A DNA stretch of 32,000 nucleotides, from positions 1,290,001 through 1,322,000 of the forward strand of contig JBJLBP010000001.1 in NCBI GenBank assembly GCA_045568075.1, given 5' to 3'. This document shows positions 1 through 7,959 of this stretch, piece after piece. Within the stretch, counting starts at the first letter, position 1. Each line of letters begins with the position of its first letter. The stretch comes from Candidatus Thalassarchaeaceae archaeon (GTDB lineage: Archaea > Thermoplasmatota > Poseidoniia > Poseidoniales > Thalassarchaeaceae). The position numbers and the translations under genes were made by a program. Below the pieces are notes generated by a model. It worked only from the letters and a program-made list of their open reading frames with translations. It did not search any database and had not been told where the DNA came from.

Positions 1-2119
1 CCACGGAATTGATCATTGGACGCCCCGCAGCATTACCGAGAACAAACATCTCTCCACCCTTCGATCCGTAGCCGTAGCACTGACCAACATCACCGTGAAT
101 AACCAACTCGCCAGACTTGTGAATCTGAGCAATTTGGTCTTGACCATTACCATGCATGTGAATTGTCATGCCATCATTACCACTTCCGAGATAATCTCCG
201 GCCGCGCCCAAAACGTCGATTCTCACATCGCTCGTAGACGGACCGAAACCGTTTCCAATGAATCGGTGACCTTGGCAGTTGATGACGACGAATCGCTTCC
301 AGCCCATTCGGTGGAGAGCCACGAGTTCTAGGGCTAGCGATTCAACTCCTTCGATTGGATATGGGCGAGCGTCGACGACAATCGCTTGTGATGCGCTCGC
401 TGGTTCCGGCCTGTGGCCGAGCGTTTTCTGTCCATTATATGCATCGCACGGATTGACTGAGGAAGATGCCACCGTGCGAATCAAGGCTGCCTCAACGAGG
501 TCCTTCCAGACCGATTCGCGTAAGCTGCCGCAATCGTAGCGGCGATCGAGTAGTAAAGTCAGAGTATCCCAAACCCAAGTTCGACCCTTGTCGCCAGATG
601 CGTTCTCGATCGATTCTAGACAGGCTCGAGCCTCAGACCAATCCATCGATGACAGCCCTGCAACCAGCCCATCGAAAGTGGACCGAGGCGTATCGAGAGT
701 GAATGCATACTCGCCAGTTGGCATGAGTTTGTAATCGCCCTCTGGAGTAGTGTTGACAATTGCACCGAACTTGTCACGCATCTCCAAAGTCTTGCTTCCG
801 TCAGCGTTCGGTGTAACATCGAACATGAATGCGCCACCATCAGTATATGACCCACCGCGCGCATTCCAATATTCATCAGCGCGACGCCAAAATCGAGTGT
901 CTTCGGAGGCAAGCGACTCGAGAACTGCATCGATAACCTGCTTCTCGGAACCGCAGAATGCAATTCCAACATCGCCGCGCTGGTAAGCGAAAACCTGCGG
1001 GCGCAGCATCGATGTGTCAGTAATTCCAAGCAATCGATGAGTAGGGCCATCGGATTGTGCGATGATGAAGAACCATGGACCATCGGGAGATCCGTGAATA
1101 TGCGTCTTCTGAATCGCCTCGTAAACCACTTGCTTCTCCTTTGGAAGCATGATGAAGTCGAGTTCGCTGGTCGGTGCTAAGCTCTCAATCACATGTTCAA
1201 GCGTATACCCGTAGACTCGGCGATGTAGATCGAAAGCCAGCGCAGCGACCTCGGTATCGGTGAAGAAAAGTGGTTCCATCCCTCGCTGACCGAGGTAATC
1301 TTTCACCGATACATAATTCGAGAAATCTCCGTTGTGAACAAGCGCGCAATCGATTCCCTGACCGAAGGGGTGTGCCCCACCAGGGTGCGTGACTCTGCCG
1401 CGCGTAGGGTAGCGATGGTGACCTATCCAAACATGTGCAGTCATATCGTCGAGCTGATAGTAGCGGATGACATCCTCTGCATATCCAACGATTTTCAAAA
1501 TTAAAATATCCCGACCATGGCTCAAAACAAACGCGTCCGTTCGCCCGTCCTTAGCGTAAAATTCGACATTCAGTGAATGAGTGGTGTGGAAGGTGTATTC
1601 CTCTTCGACCGCGGCTCGGTCAGCCGCGTCGACAACTACTGATAGTTGGTTTTCGATGAATTCGTCCACTTTGTCTGCCCTCGGTGTGACGAAGTAGCAG
1701 ACTACAGAGGGAGGTTGAACTTCGAGTGCTGGCAGGTCTTGTTGCCAAGTTGGGAGAGTGGCCATCTCGTGCGTATGATGGAGATCATAGGCTTCTTCGA
1801 TGAGTGCTTCAACTCCCGACCGCACCTCGTTGTTGAGGTAAGCGACCGCGTAGAGGTAAGTCGAATCGAGGGTTGTGCGGTCGGTACCGAATTGATCTGG
1901 ATCGAGGCCGACCATCGCGACTCCGCCGCCCTTGCCGTTACCTCGGTTACGCATCTGTTCGAGTGAGTCGAATAGGTGGCGTCCAGCGACTGGTATTTCG
2001 CAGGCGAGGCCGACCACTCCACAGCCGCCTTCGGCTGCGTCTTCATCGCGCCGCTCGAACTTGGGATGGGATGCAGTCATTGCGCGTCGCGCATCGATGA
2101 AGGTGTTCGGGTCGATCAT
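1..2119 (-). CDS. Glutamate synthase-like protein, class-II (Ntn) glutamine amidotransferase domain fused to GXGXG (GltB domain 3 / GlxC-like) domain; 3' end truncated by window edge
   Basis: Absent from the ORF track because it has no stop in the window. Manual translation of the minus strand from ATG 2119-2117 is stop-free to position 1 (706 codons). N-terminal part: GGCGVVGL Cys after a ~32-aa leader, IGHHRYPTRG and VHNGDFSNY, all class-II amidotransferase motifs. C-terminal part: INCQGHRFIGNGF, VLGAAGDYLGSGNDG and IHGDVGQCYGYGSKGGEMFVLGNAAG, the GXGXG repeats. Its ATG overlaps the TGA of the upstream gene (ATGA at 2116-2119). Confidence 0.85.
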   Translation of the reverse strand, partial: MIDPNTFIDARRAMTASHPKFERRDEDAAEGGCGVVGLACEIPVAGRHLFDSLEQMRNRGNGKGGGVAMVGLDPDQFGTDRTTLDSTYLYAVAYLNNEVRSGVEALIEEAYDLHHTHEMATLPTWQQDLPALEVQPPSVVCYFVTPRADKVDEFIENQLSVVVDAADRAAVEEEYTFHTTHSLNVEFYAKDGRTDAFVLSHGRDILILKIVGYAEDVIRYYQLDDMTAHVWIGHHRYPTRGRVTHPGGAHPFGQGIDCALVHNGDFSNYVSVKDYLGQRGMEPLFFTDTEVAALAFDLHRRVYGYTLEHVIESLAPTSELDFIMLPKEKQVVYEAIQKTHIHGSPDGPWFFIIAQSDGPTHRLLGITDTSMLRPQVFAYQRGDVGIAFCGSEKQVIDAVLESLASEDTRFWRRADEYWNARGGSYTDGGAFMFDVTPNADGSKTLEMRDKFGAIVNTTPEGDYKLMPTGEYAFTLDTPRSTFDGLVAGLSSMDWSEARACLESIENASGDKGRTWVWDTLTLLLDRRYDCGSLRESVWKDLVEAALIRTVASSSVNPCDAYNGQKTLGHRPEPASASQAIVVDARPYPIEGVESLALELVALHRMGWKRFVVINCQGHRFIGNGFGPSTSDVRIDVLGAAGDYLGSGNDGMTIHMHGNGQDQIAQIHKSGELVIHGDVGQCYGYGSKGGEMFVLGNAAGRPMINSV

Positions 2120-3516
2120 TCGATCTCCTCCAATCCGATTCCTGCAGCTTTACCCGCCGCTCTAGCAGCCTCGTCCTTACCCATGTAGCGAAGGAGATCT
2201 GTGCGGCCGCGTAATTCTGAGACATCGGATAGTCCGAGTTGACGCAGGATGTCTCGCAGCCGATACTGCATTGCTGTGTAGAGATTGTTGAGGCGCTCGG
2301 CAGCCCAATCCGGCTGCACCCATTCCTGCAACTCGACATCAGTCGTGGTCAAGCCCCATGGACAGCCGCGACCGGATGGTCCGCCCTCACAATTTGAGCA
2401 GCGGGTGCACCCTAAACCGACAAGATCGGTGGTGCCGAGTACACATCCATCGGCTCCGAGTGCGATCGCCTTGGCAATATCATCGGCAGTGCGGACTCCG
2501 CCACTGGCGATGAGCGTGACACGATCACGCACACCCTCGGCTTGGAGGAATTTGTGCACCTTCGGAATCGCCAATTCAATCGGCATGGCGATATTCTTCT
2601 TGGCGATTTCAGGTGCTGCGCCGGTGCCACCATAGGAACCATCGAGATGGATTATGTGCGCACCGGCGTAGAATGAACCGACTGCGACCATGTCGACATC
2701 GTGAGGGGTGCTCACCTTGACCGAAAGCAGAGCGGTAGGATTGACGGTCTCAATCCAATCGAGATGCTTCGAATGGTCCTCGACCGAGTAAGTCGAATGA
2801 AATGGGAATGGGCTGAATAGGCTGACGAAAGGAACGCTTCCTCGCAACTTCGCAACCTCTTCGCCAGCCTTTGCTGCAAGCAAATGACCCCCTAGTCCTG
2901 GCTTCGCACCTTGTGCATACTTGAATTCGACAATCGGCGCCGCCTGAATCGTCTCTTCCTCGACGCCGAAATAACCGGTCGCAACCTGAGTGATGACGTT
3001 CTCCTTGCATTCCATCAATTGCGAGGGATAACCACCCTCACCAGTCGACATGAATGAATTCCAGCGCACCGCGTTGCGAGCACGCGACATCATCACATTG
3101 ACTGAAACCGAGCCGTACGACATACCGCCGCCATACCATGGAATGTCAATTGTCAACTTGTTCTTGGCATCGCCGCGGCGGTTGAGGGCGAGCTTGGTTG
3201 TAATCGAATCCGAGTGCTCGAGCCAATCGCTTTCAGCCAAGTACTTGAAATCCAATCTGTCGAAGCCACCGTCGGATTTTCCGGTTTTGTAATTGAGCCC
3301 CTCTGGAATTTCACCGGTTTCAGCCATATACCAAGTTGAGAGAATCAACTCGTCGGTCCAGCGTGCGTCACCAAGAGCCTCTGGAGGGATGTAATCGCCC
3401 ATCGCTCGAGCGCGCATTCCGTCCTGCATCAGGCCAGTCGTTTTGGTAAGCAATTCTTCGCTCGGGAATTGCACCTTGCCCTTGTATGCATCTTTGAAAT
3501 CCTGTATAATCGACAT
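2116..3516 (-). CDS. Glutamate synthase FMN-binding domain protein (GltB domain 2 / GlxD-like), with Cys cluster
   Basis: 466-aa ORF. Motifs: YGGGMSYGSVS, FKYAQGAKPGLGGHL, LDGSYGGTGAAP and ASGGVRTADDIAKAIALGADG. Fe-S ligand pattern CTRCSNCEGGPSGRGCP. Its start overlaps the stop of the upstream gene (TGATG at 3514-3518). Confidence 0.9.
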   Translation of the reverse strand: MSIIQDFKDAYKGKVQFPSEELLTKTTGLMQDGMRARAMGDYIPPEALGDARWTDELILSTWYMAETGEIPEGLNYKTGKSDGGFDRLDFKYLAESDWLEHSDSITTKLALNRRGDAKNKLTIDIPWYGGGMSYGSVSVNVMMSRARNAVRWNSFMSTGEGGYPSQLMECKENVITQVATGYFGVEEETIQAAPIVEFKYAQGAKPGLGGHLLAAKAGEEVAKLRGSVPFVSLFSPFPFHSTYSVEDHSKHLDWIETVNPTALLSVKVSTPHDVDMVAVGSFYAGAHIIHLDGSYGGTGAAPEIAKKNIAMPIELAIPKVHKFLQAEGVRDRVTLIASGGVRTADDIAKAIALGADGCVLGTTDLVGLGCTRCSNCEGGPSGRGCPWGLTTTDVELQEWVQPDWAAERLNNLYTAMQYRLRDILRQLGLSDVSELRGRTDLLRYMGKDEAARAAGKAAGIGLEEIE

Positions 3517-5048
3517 CAGATAACACCTCCACTAACATATCCCTCGATCCCTTCGAAGGCTTCGTCCTCGAGATGGTTCACTATCATTGAGCGGCCGAAT
3601 TCTCCACGGAGTCGACGAGCCTCACGGATTCCCATCGCTCCGAGGATTTCGAGCAGCTGGTCACGCCATGACGCGCACAGATTGGTGAGCCGCTGCTCGG
3701 CCCATTCCTGTGTCATCTTCTTTGGAAGAGTTCCACGAACTTGCTCACGGTCGACCAGAGAGCCGTGTGAGCGACCTTGTAGTGCGAATAGGACTGGAAG
3801 GTCGAGTGCGACTACGTCGAGTCCGCTGATTATTGCCTTTGGTAGGTGGTCGGCGCTGACGAGTCCGCCCGCACCGATTAGAGTCACCATATCTCGGCAG
3901 CCCTTGTCGATTAGGAGCATGTGGGCTTCCTTGAGTAAGTCGGAGATGAATCGACCGTCGTCGAAACCGCGGCCGTGTAGGTCTGCGTTGAGGTGAACAA
4001 CATCTACGCGATTGTTGACTGCCTTCATCAGACGATCTTGCCAACCATCTGTGAAAGAAATGCGAACTCCAATCAGAGCGTCTGTTGCCAACCTAGCCGC
4101 GTCCAGCGCATCCTTGTCCCAGCCATCGAGTTCGATGAGTCGTGCAGCTGAGAACATCTCAACCATCTCCGGTGTTTCCTTTGGAATCACGGGAACTATG
4201 TTTGGGGAATCCATTCCCATCTCGATTACGTCTGCTGCCTTCATGCAGGCCAACGTATCGATTCTCTTACTGGTTGAATCGAGCACCTTTGCCAACTTGA
4301 CGGTCCCCAAATCCCCAGGTGGAACATCGAATACGAAGGGGACCTGAATGGTGAACATGTTCGGAGTCTTACCCTGCAAATTTCCTTTCTCATCGAAAGA
4401 AAGGTGCATCGGCTTAGTGCCGATATCGACAGATGTGCCGATGAGTTCGCGGCCGTGAATTCCATCTCTGCTCGGGCGGACGATTTCAGACATATCCGTC
4501 AACATACCATCGAACCCAGGTCCGCCAAATCGGCCGCGGTAACCTTGTCCACGGACAGGCACCAAGCCCTTCTTCGATTCCTCATCAATCGCTGCAATAT
4601 GTCCGTGGGTGGTGTAAGAATCCCCGAGGGCAGTTCTCTTGGGATTCGGCAACACCTTGACGAAATCCGGATGTTGAACGGTGCATCGAAGGCAACCAAC
4701 GCATAATTTGGGCAGTGGATAAAAGCCACCAACTGGGCCAGAAAATACTCCATATGTGCAAGGTCGGGAAAGGATGACATCTGGTTTTAGTCCGTAATGG
4801 AATAACTCTGAGACGATGAACTTGGCCAATCCGAATTTACCGACTTCGACGAGGAATCTATGCGGTAGCGGATCGATATCGTCGACCTCTTCCGTCTCGA
4901 TATGATAGCGATGATATTGGTCTGCAAGTTCCCTTCCAATTCGTGCTGATTCAGCTCCGAATTTGTCCAGCGTCAATGCACCTGATGCGGCTAATTCCGC
5001 GTCCCCTGTAGTAGACTCCAGCATGTTGCTTACTCCAATATCGACCAT
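3516..5048 (-). CDS. Glutamate synthase-related paralogue (FMN-domain-like TIM barrel lacking the GGTGAAP motif, N-terminal CX2CX2C region)
   Basis: 510-aa ORF and first gene of the operon. GYRGRFGGPGFDGMLTDMSEIVRPSRDG and GAGGLVSADHLPKAIISGLDVVALD resemble GltB domain 2. HLNADLHGRGF occupies the position where the catalytic paralogue has LDGSYGGTGAAP. Cys pattern is C-x25-CVGCLRC. Confidence 0.6.
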   Translation of the reverse strand: MVDIGVSNMLESTTGDAELAASGALTLDKFGAESARIGRELADQYHRYHIETEEVDDIDPLPHRFLVEVGKFGLAKFIVSELFHYGLKPDVILSRPCTYGVFSGPVGGFYPLPKLCVGCLRCTVQHPDFVKVLPNPKRTALGDSYTTHGHIAAIDEESKKGLVPVRGQGYRGRFGGPGFDGMLTDMSEIVRPSRDGIHGRELIGTSVDIGTKPMHLSFDEKGNLQGKTPNMFTIQVPFVFDVPPGDLGTVKLAKVLDSTSKRIDTLACMKAADVIEMGMDSPNIVPVIPKETPEMVEMFSAARLIELDGWDKDALDAARLATDALIGVRISFTDGWQDRLMKAVNNRVDVVHLNADLHGRGFDDGRFISDLLKEAHMLLIDKGCRDMVTLIGAGGLVSADHLPKAIISGLDVVALDLPVLFALQGRSHGSLVDREQVRGTLPKKMTQEWAEQRLTNLCASWRDQLLEILGAMGIREARRLRGEFGRSMIVNHLEDEAFEGIEGYVSGGVI

Positions 5049-5058
5049 ACCGTAACGC

Positions 5059-5077
5059 CAATGATATAATCATTGGT
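5059..5077 (-). promoter_or_regulatory. Palindrome ccaatgat-ata-atcattgg overlapping an AT-rich TATA-like core, upstream of the glutamate-synthase-like operon
   Basis: The 8-bp arms are perfect reverse complements. The site lies 11-29 nt upstream of the ATG at 5048, inside the AT-rich 248-bp divergent intergenic region 5049-5296. Confidence 0.3.
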
Positions 5078-5296
5078 GCAAATGCACACTGAAATGCCTG
5101 AAAAGTGTGTGGATTATCTATAATTTCAATGTTTATTCGTCATTCGTTCAGGTATTATCTCAATTTACTGTTCATTTGAAAGATTAGTTTAATCATAATT
5201 GACAATTGGTTCGTCAATCGCTCAGACTTCTCCACCACACCTCTAGCACAACTCTAATCCGAGTAAGTTGAAATGCCGCTCAAACGGCCGTAGAAT

Positions 5297-6550
5297 GTGG
5301 GTTTAGCTGAGGCTTGGGAGGTGCCCGACCTTCGCGCTTTCCTATTGGGGGATACCGCGTCAAAGATGGGGCGGGCCGCCTTCATGACATCGGTCGGTTG
5401 GAAGGTTGCTGAGCTTGGCGGTCCGAAGGCCTTCGGAGCGATAATGACAGCGTATTTCCTCGGCCATCTTCCATTGATAATGATCGGCGGGATGCTAGTC
5501 GACAGAATTCCTCGCCGAACAGTGGCGTTGGCTATGGATATCGTTCAAGCCGTCTTAGCTGCACTATTCATCCTCCTACTCATGGCAGGATTGGACCTCG
5601 TCAATGTGATGATTTTTGCGGCATTCATGATGGGTGCTTCTTCGGCCTTCTCAATGCCGGCGATCCAGGCCTTAGTTCCCGATCTTGTCGAGGAGGAGAT
5701 GCTTTCCTCGGCCACCGGATTACACAATGCCTTGCGAACTGCTGCTTGGTCGGTGGGTGGCCTAATCGGCGGAGTTGTAATTCGATATTCGACGATGCAT
5801 GTCGCACTCCTCCTCGATCTAATCTCCTTCCTCATCAGTGCTTGGATTCTCTTCGGTATGAAGGAGGTCCCGATTGAGAGAGATGAGGAAGATGAAGGTG
5901 ACTTTCGAACTGAGATGGGGGAGGCGATGGCTTTCGTCATCAGTCAACCATGGCTTTTCATCGGTATCATCGCCTTCATGGTTTTCCACATAGGTGGAGC
6001 CATCGTCGACATAGGAATTCCATTCATTGTACAGGTGAACGATTGGAATGCGATTCACTACGGGGTTTGGGGTGCAATGATGCCTATCGGTGCATCGTTG
6101 GGCGCACTCTGGGCTGGATCGAATCCGATTTCAAAGGAGAAGCGTGGTTTGATTTTCTATATCGTTGTGGGAATTGCGGCTTGGTTGGACATCCTCTACG
6201 TCTTCGTGCCTTGGTTCGGTGCCATCATGATTATCGCAATATTCCAGGGTCTGATGGGAGGAGTTCTGGGGGTAATCTGGAATACTACAATCGGCGATAG
6301 TGTCGACCAGCGATTACGTGGTCGAGTAAATTCAATCGACATGATTGGTTCGTTCCTATTCATTCCATTCGCACCTCTATTTGGCGGATATATGATCGAA
6401 ACTATCGGTTTGCAAGCGACCTTCTTAATCGCAGTCTCGATAATGGTCGCTGCGACTATTGTAGGTGTAGTAGTACCCTCATTCCGCCGCTTCGAACGAA
6501 TTGGAACTGAGCGCTTTCCCCTTACGGGTTCTCAAAATGGATCTGACTGA
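5297..6550 (+). CDS. MFS transporter (EntS/MFS_3-like, ~12 TM)
   Basis: 417-aa ORF, hydrophobic throughout, with about 12 predicted helices. Loop motif MLVDRIPRR (MFS D-R-x-x-R-R-like) follows TM2. GTG at 5297 is the first possible start after the in-frame stop at 5291. Confidence 0.8.
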   Translation: MGLAEAWEVPDLRAFLLGDTASKMGRAAFMTSVGWKVAELGGPKAFGAIMTAYFLGHLPLIMIGGMLVDRIPRRTVALAMDIVQAVLAALFILLLMAGLDLVNVMIFAAFMMGASSAFSMPAIQALVPDLVEEEMLSSATGLHNALRTAAWSVGGLIGGVVIRYSTMHVALLLDLISFLISAWILFGMKEVPIERDEEDEGDFRTEMGEAMAFVISQPWLFIGIIAFMVFHIGGAIVDIGIPFIVQVNDWNAIHYGVWGAMMPIGASLGALWAGSNPISKEKRGLIFYIVVGIAAWLDILYVFVPWFGAIMIIAIFQGLMGGVLGVIWNTTIGDSVDQRLRGRVNSIDMIGSFLFIPFAPLFGGYMIETIGLQATFLIAVSIMVAATIVGVVVPSFRRFERIGTERFPLTGSQNGSD

Positions 6551-6896
6551 TGTCTAAGGAGAACCATCTTTGGTACAGCTTGTGCTGAATTCGGATTAGG
6601 CCGTAAAGTAACATGAAGTAAACAACCCATGCCTCGAAGGACTTACCCAGTGTTACTGGAATTTGTAAAAGGAAGACTCCGTCAAAGAGGATACAGATAG
6701 TAAGGAAACTCATCCTCCCGAGAGTCGTGAAAAGGCTCTCTTCTTCCTGAGCCAGAACTCTCTTTACACGATTTTCTCGCCATTCGTCAGAGGACCGTTT
6801 CAACCTCCAGAATGAGGCCTCGGACTCTTCGCTTCGACTCAACATGCGAGGTGGTCCGTCTTCTTCATCGGTCGAGTCGGGACTCTTCGAGGTCAT
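6522..6896 (-). CDS. Small membrane protein (acidic N-terminus, 2 predicted TM helices), last gene of the peptide ABC operon
   Basis: 124-aa ORF starting 9 nt after the OppF-like stop. Hydrophobic segments are MSFLTICILFDGVFLLQIPV and AWVVYFMLLYGLI. Its 3' end overlaps the convergent MFS gene by 29 nt. No recognisable family. Confidence 0.45.
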   Translation of the reverse strand: MTSKSPDSTDEEDGPPRMLSRSEESEASFWRLKRSSDEWRENRVKRVLAQEEESLFTTLGRMSFLTICILFDGVFLLQIPVTLGKSFEAWVVYFMLLYGLIRIQHKLYQRWFSLDISQIHFENP

Positions 6897-6905
6897 GGTA
6901 TACCC

Positions 6906-7958
6906 TCACAGAAGGTTCACTTTCGGTGCTTCGTCCACAGACTCATCCTCATGGATGACTGGTAGTCTCTGCCCCTTTCCAAGGGGGAAATGACAAGCTA
7001 CTCTGTGATCTTCGCCCACATCTTGTAATTGTGGCTCCTCAGTATCACAGCGTCCCGCCTCAGCTATCGGGCAGCGTGTGTGGAATCGGCATCCAGACGG
7101 AGGATTAGCGGGGCTTGGAACATCGCCGCTCAAAACAATCCTCTCTCTCGAGGATTCCTCGAGAGAGGGTTCAGGTATTGCCGAAAGGAGAGCATGGGTG
7201 TAAGGGTGAGAGGGATTGTCGAATAGGTCGCGAGTTGAGGCGATTTCGACAATCTTACCGAGATACATAACAGCGACTCGGTCGCTGATGTGATTGACTA
7301 CGTTTAGCGCGTGGGTGATGAACACAAACGTGAGTCCGTGCTTATTCTGAATCTCGGACAAGAGGTTCAGAACTTGTGCCTGAACCGAGACGTCGAGCGC
7401 GCTGGTCGGCTCGTCCAATAGGATGAATTCGGGGTCGAGCGAAAGGGCTCTAGCCAATGCTATTCTCTGCTTCTGACCGCCCGAGAATTCGTGGGGGAAT
7501 CGATTCATGTGGTCCTTTTTCAGCCCCACTGAATCGAGTAATTCAGCGACCCTTTGGGTCAGTTCGGCCCCATCAGCGATACCGTTGACCTGCAGAGGTT
7601 CGCCGACAATAGAGCGGACCGACATACGTGGATTCATCGAACCACCGGGGTCTTGGAATACGATCTGCATGCGCCTTCGAAGGTCACTCATACTCATCGA
7701 ACGGATATCTTCGCCCTCGTACCTAACCGAACCCGAAGTAATTGGAATCAACCCGAGGAGGACTCTTCCTAGAGTCGTTTTTCCACATCCGGATTCGCCA
7801 ACTATACCGAGTGTTTCACCACGACGAATTCGCAAATCAACGCCATCGACGGCTCGGACATGACTCTTCACGGTCGAGAGCATTCCAGCCTTGATAGGGA
7901 ACCACTTGCGCATTCCATCGACTTCGATGAGAATGTCTTTCGAGTCTTCAATACTCAT
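6906..7958 (-). CDS. Peptide ABC transporter ATP-binding protein, OppF/DppF type
   Basis: Walker A GESGCGKTT, signature FSGGQKQRIALARAL, Walker B ILLDEPTSALD, and C-terminal oligopeptide-type extension PSHPYTHALLSAIP with CRFHTRCP. The track ORF extends to 8018. I prefer ATG 7958-7956, which lies 1 nt after the OppD-like stop, has AGGAG 9 nt upstream, and gives a typical N-terminus MSIEDSKDILIEV. Confidence 0.9.
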   Translation of the reverse strand: MSIEDSKDILIEVDGMRKWFPIKAGMLSTVKSHVRAVDGVDLRIRRGETLGIVGESGCGKTTLGRVLLGLIPITSGSVRYEGEDIRSMSMSDLRRRMQIVFQDPGGSMNPRMSVRSIVGEPLQVNGIADGAELTQRVAELLDSVGLKKDHMNRFPHEFSGGQKQRIALARALSLDPEFILLDEPTSALDVSVQAQVLNLLSEIQNKHGLTFVFITHALNVVNHISDRVAVMYLGKIVEIASTRDLFDNPSHPYTHALLSAIPEPSLEESSRERIVLSGDVPSPANPPSGCRFHTRCPIAEAGRCDTEEPQLQDVGEDHRVACHFPLGKGQRLPVIHEDESVDEAPKVNLL

Positions 7959-7959
7959 C

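Noticed and set aside
95-2100. Many 60-155-aa ORFs on both strands (for example 616..1083 minus, 1646..1966 plus, 1702..2046 minus)
   Set aside because: All overlap, out of frame or antisense, the 706-codon stop-free glutamate-synthase-like reading frame. That frame carries clear family motifs and was missed only because it exits the window.
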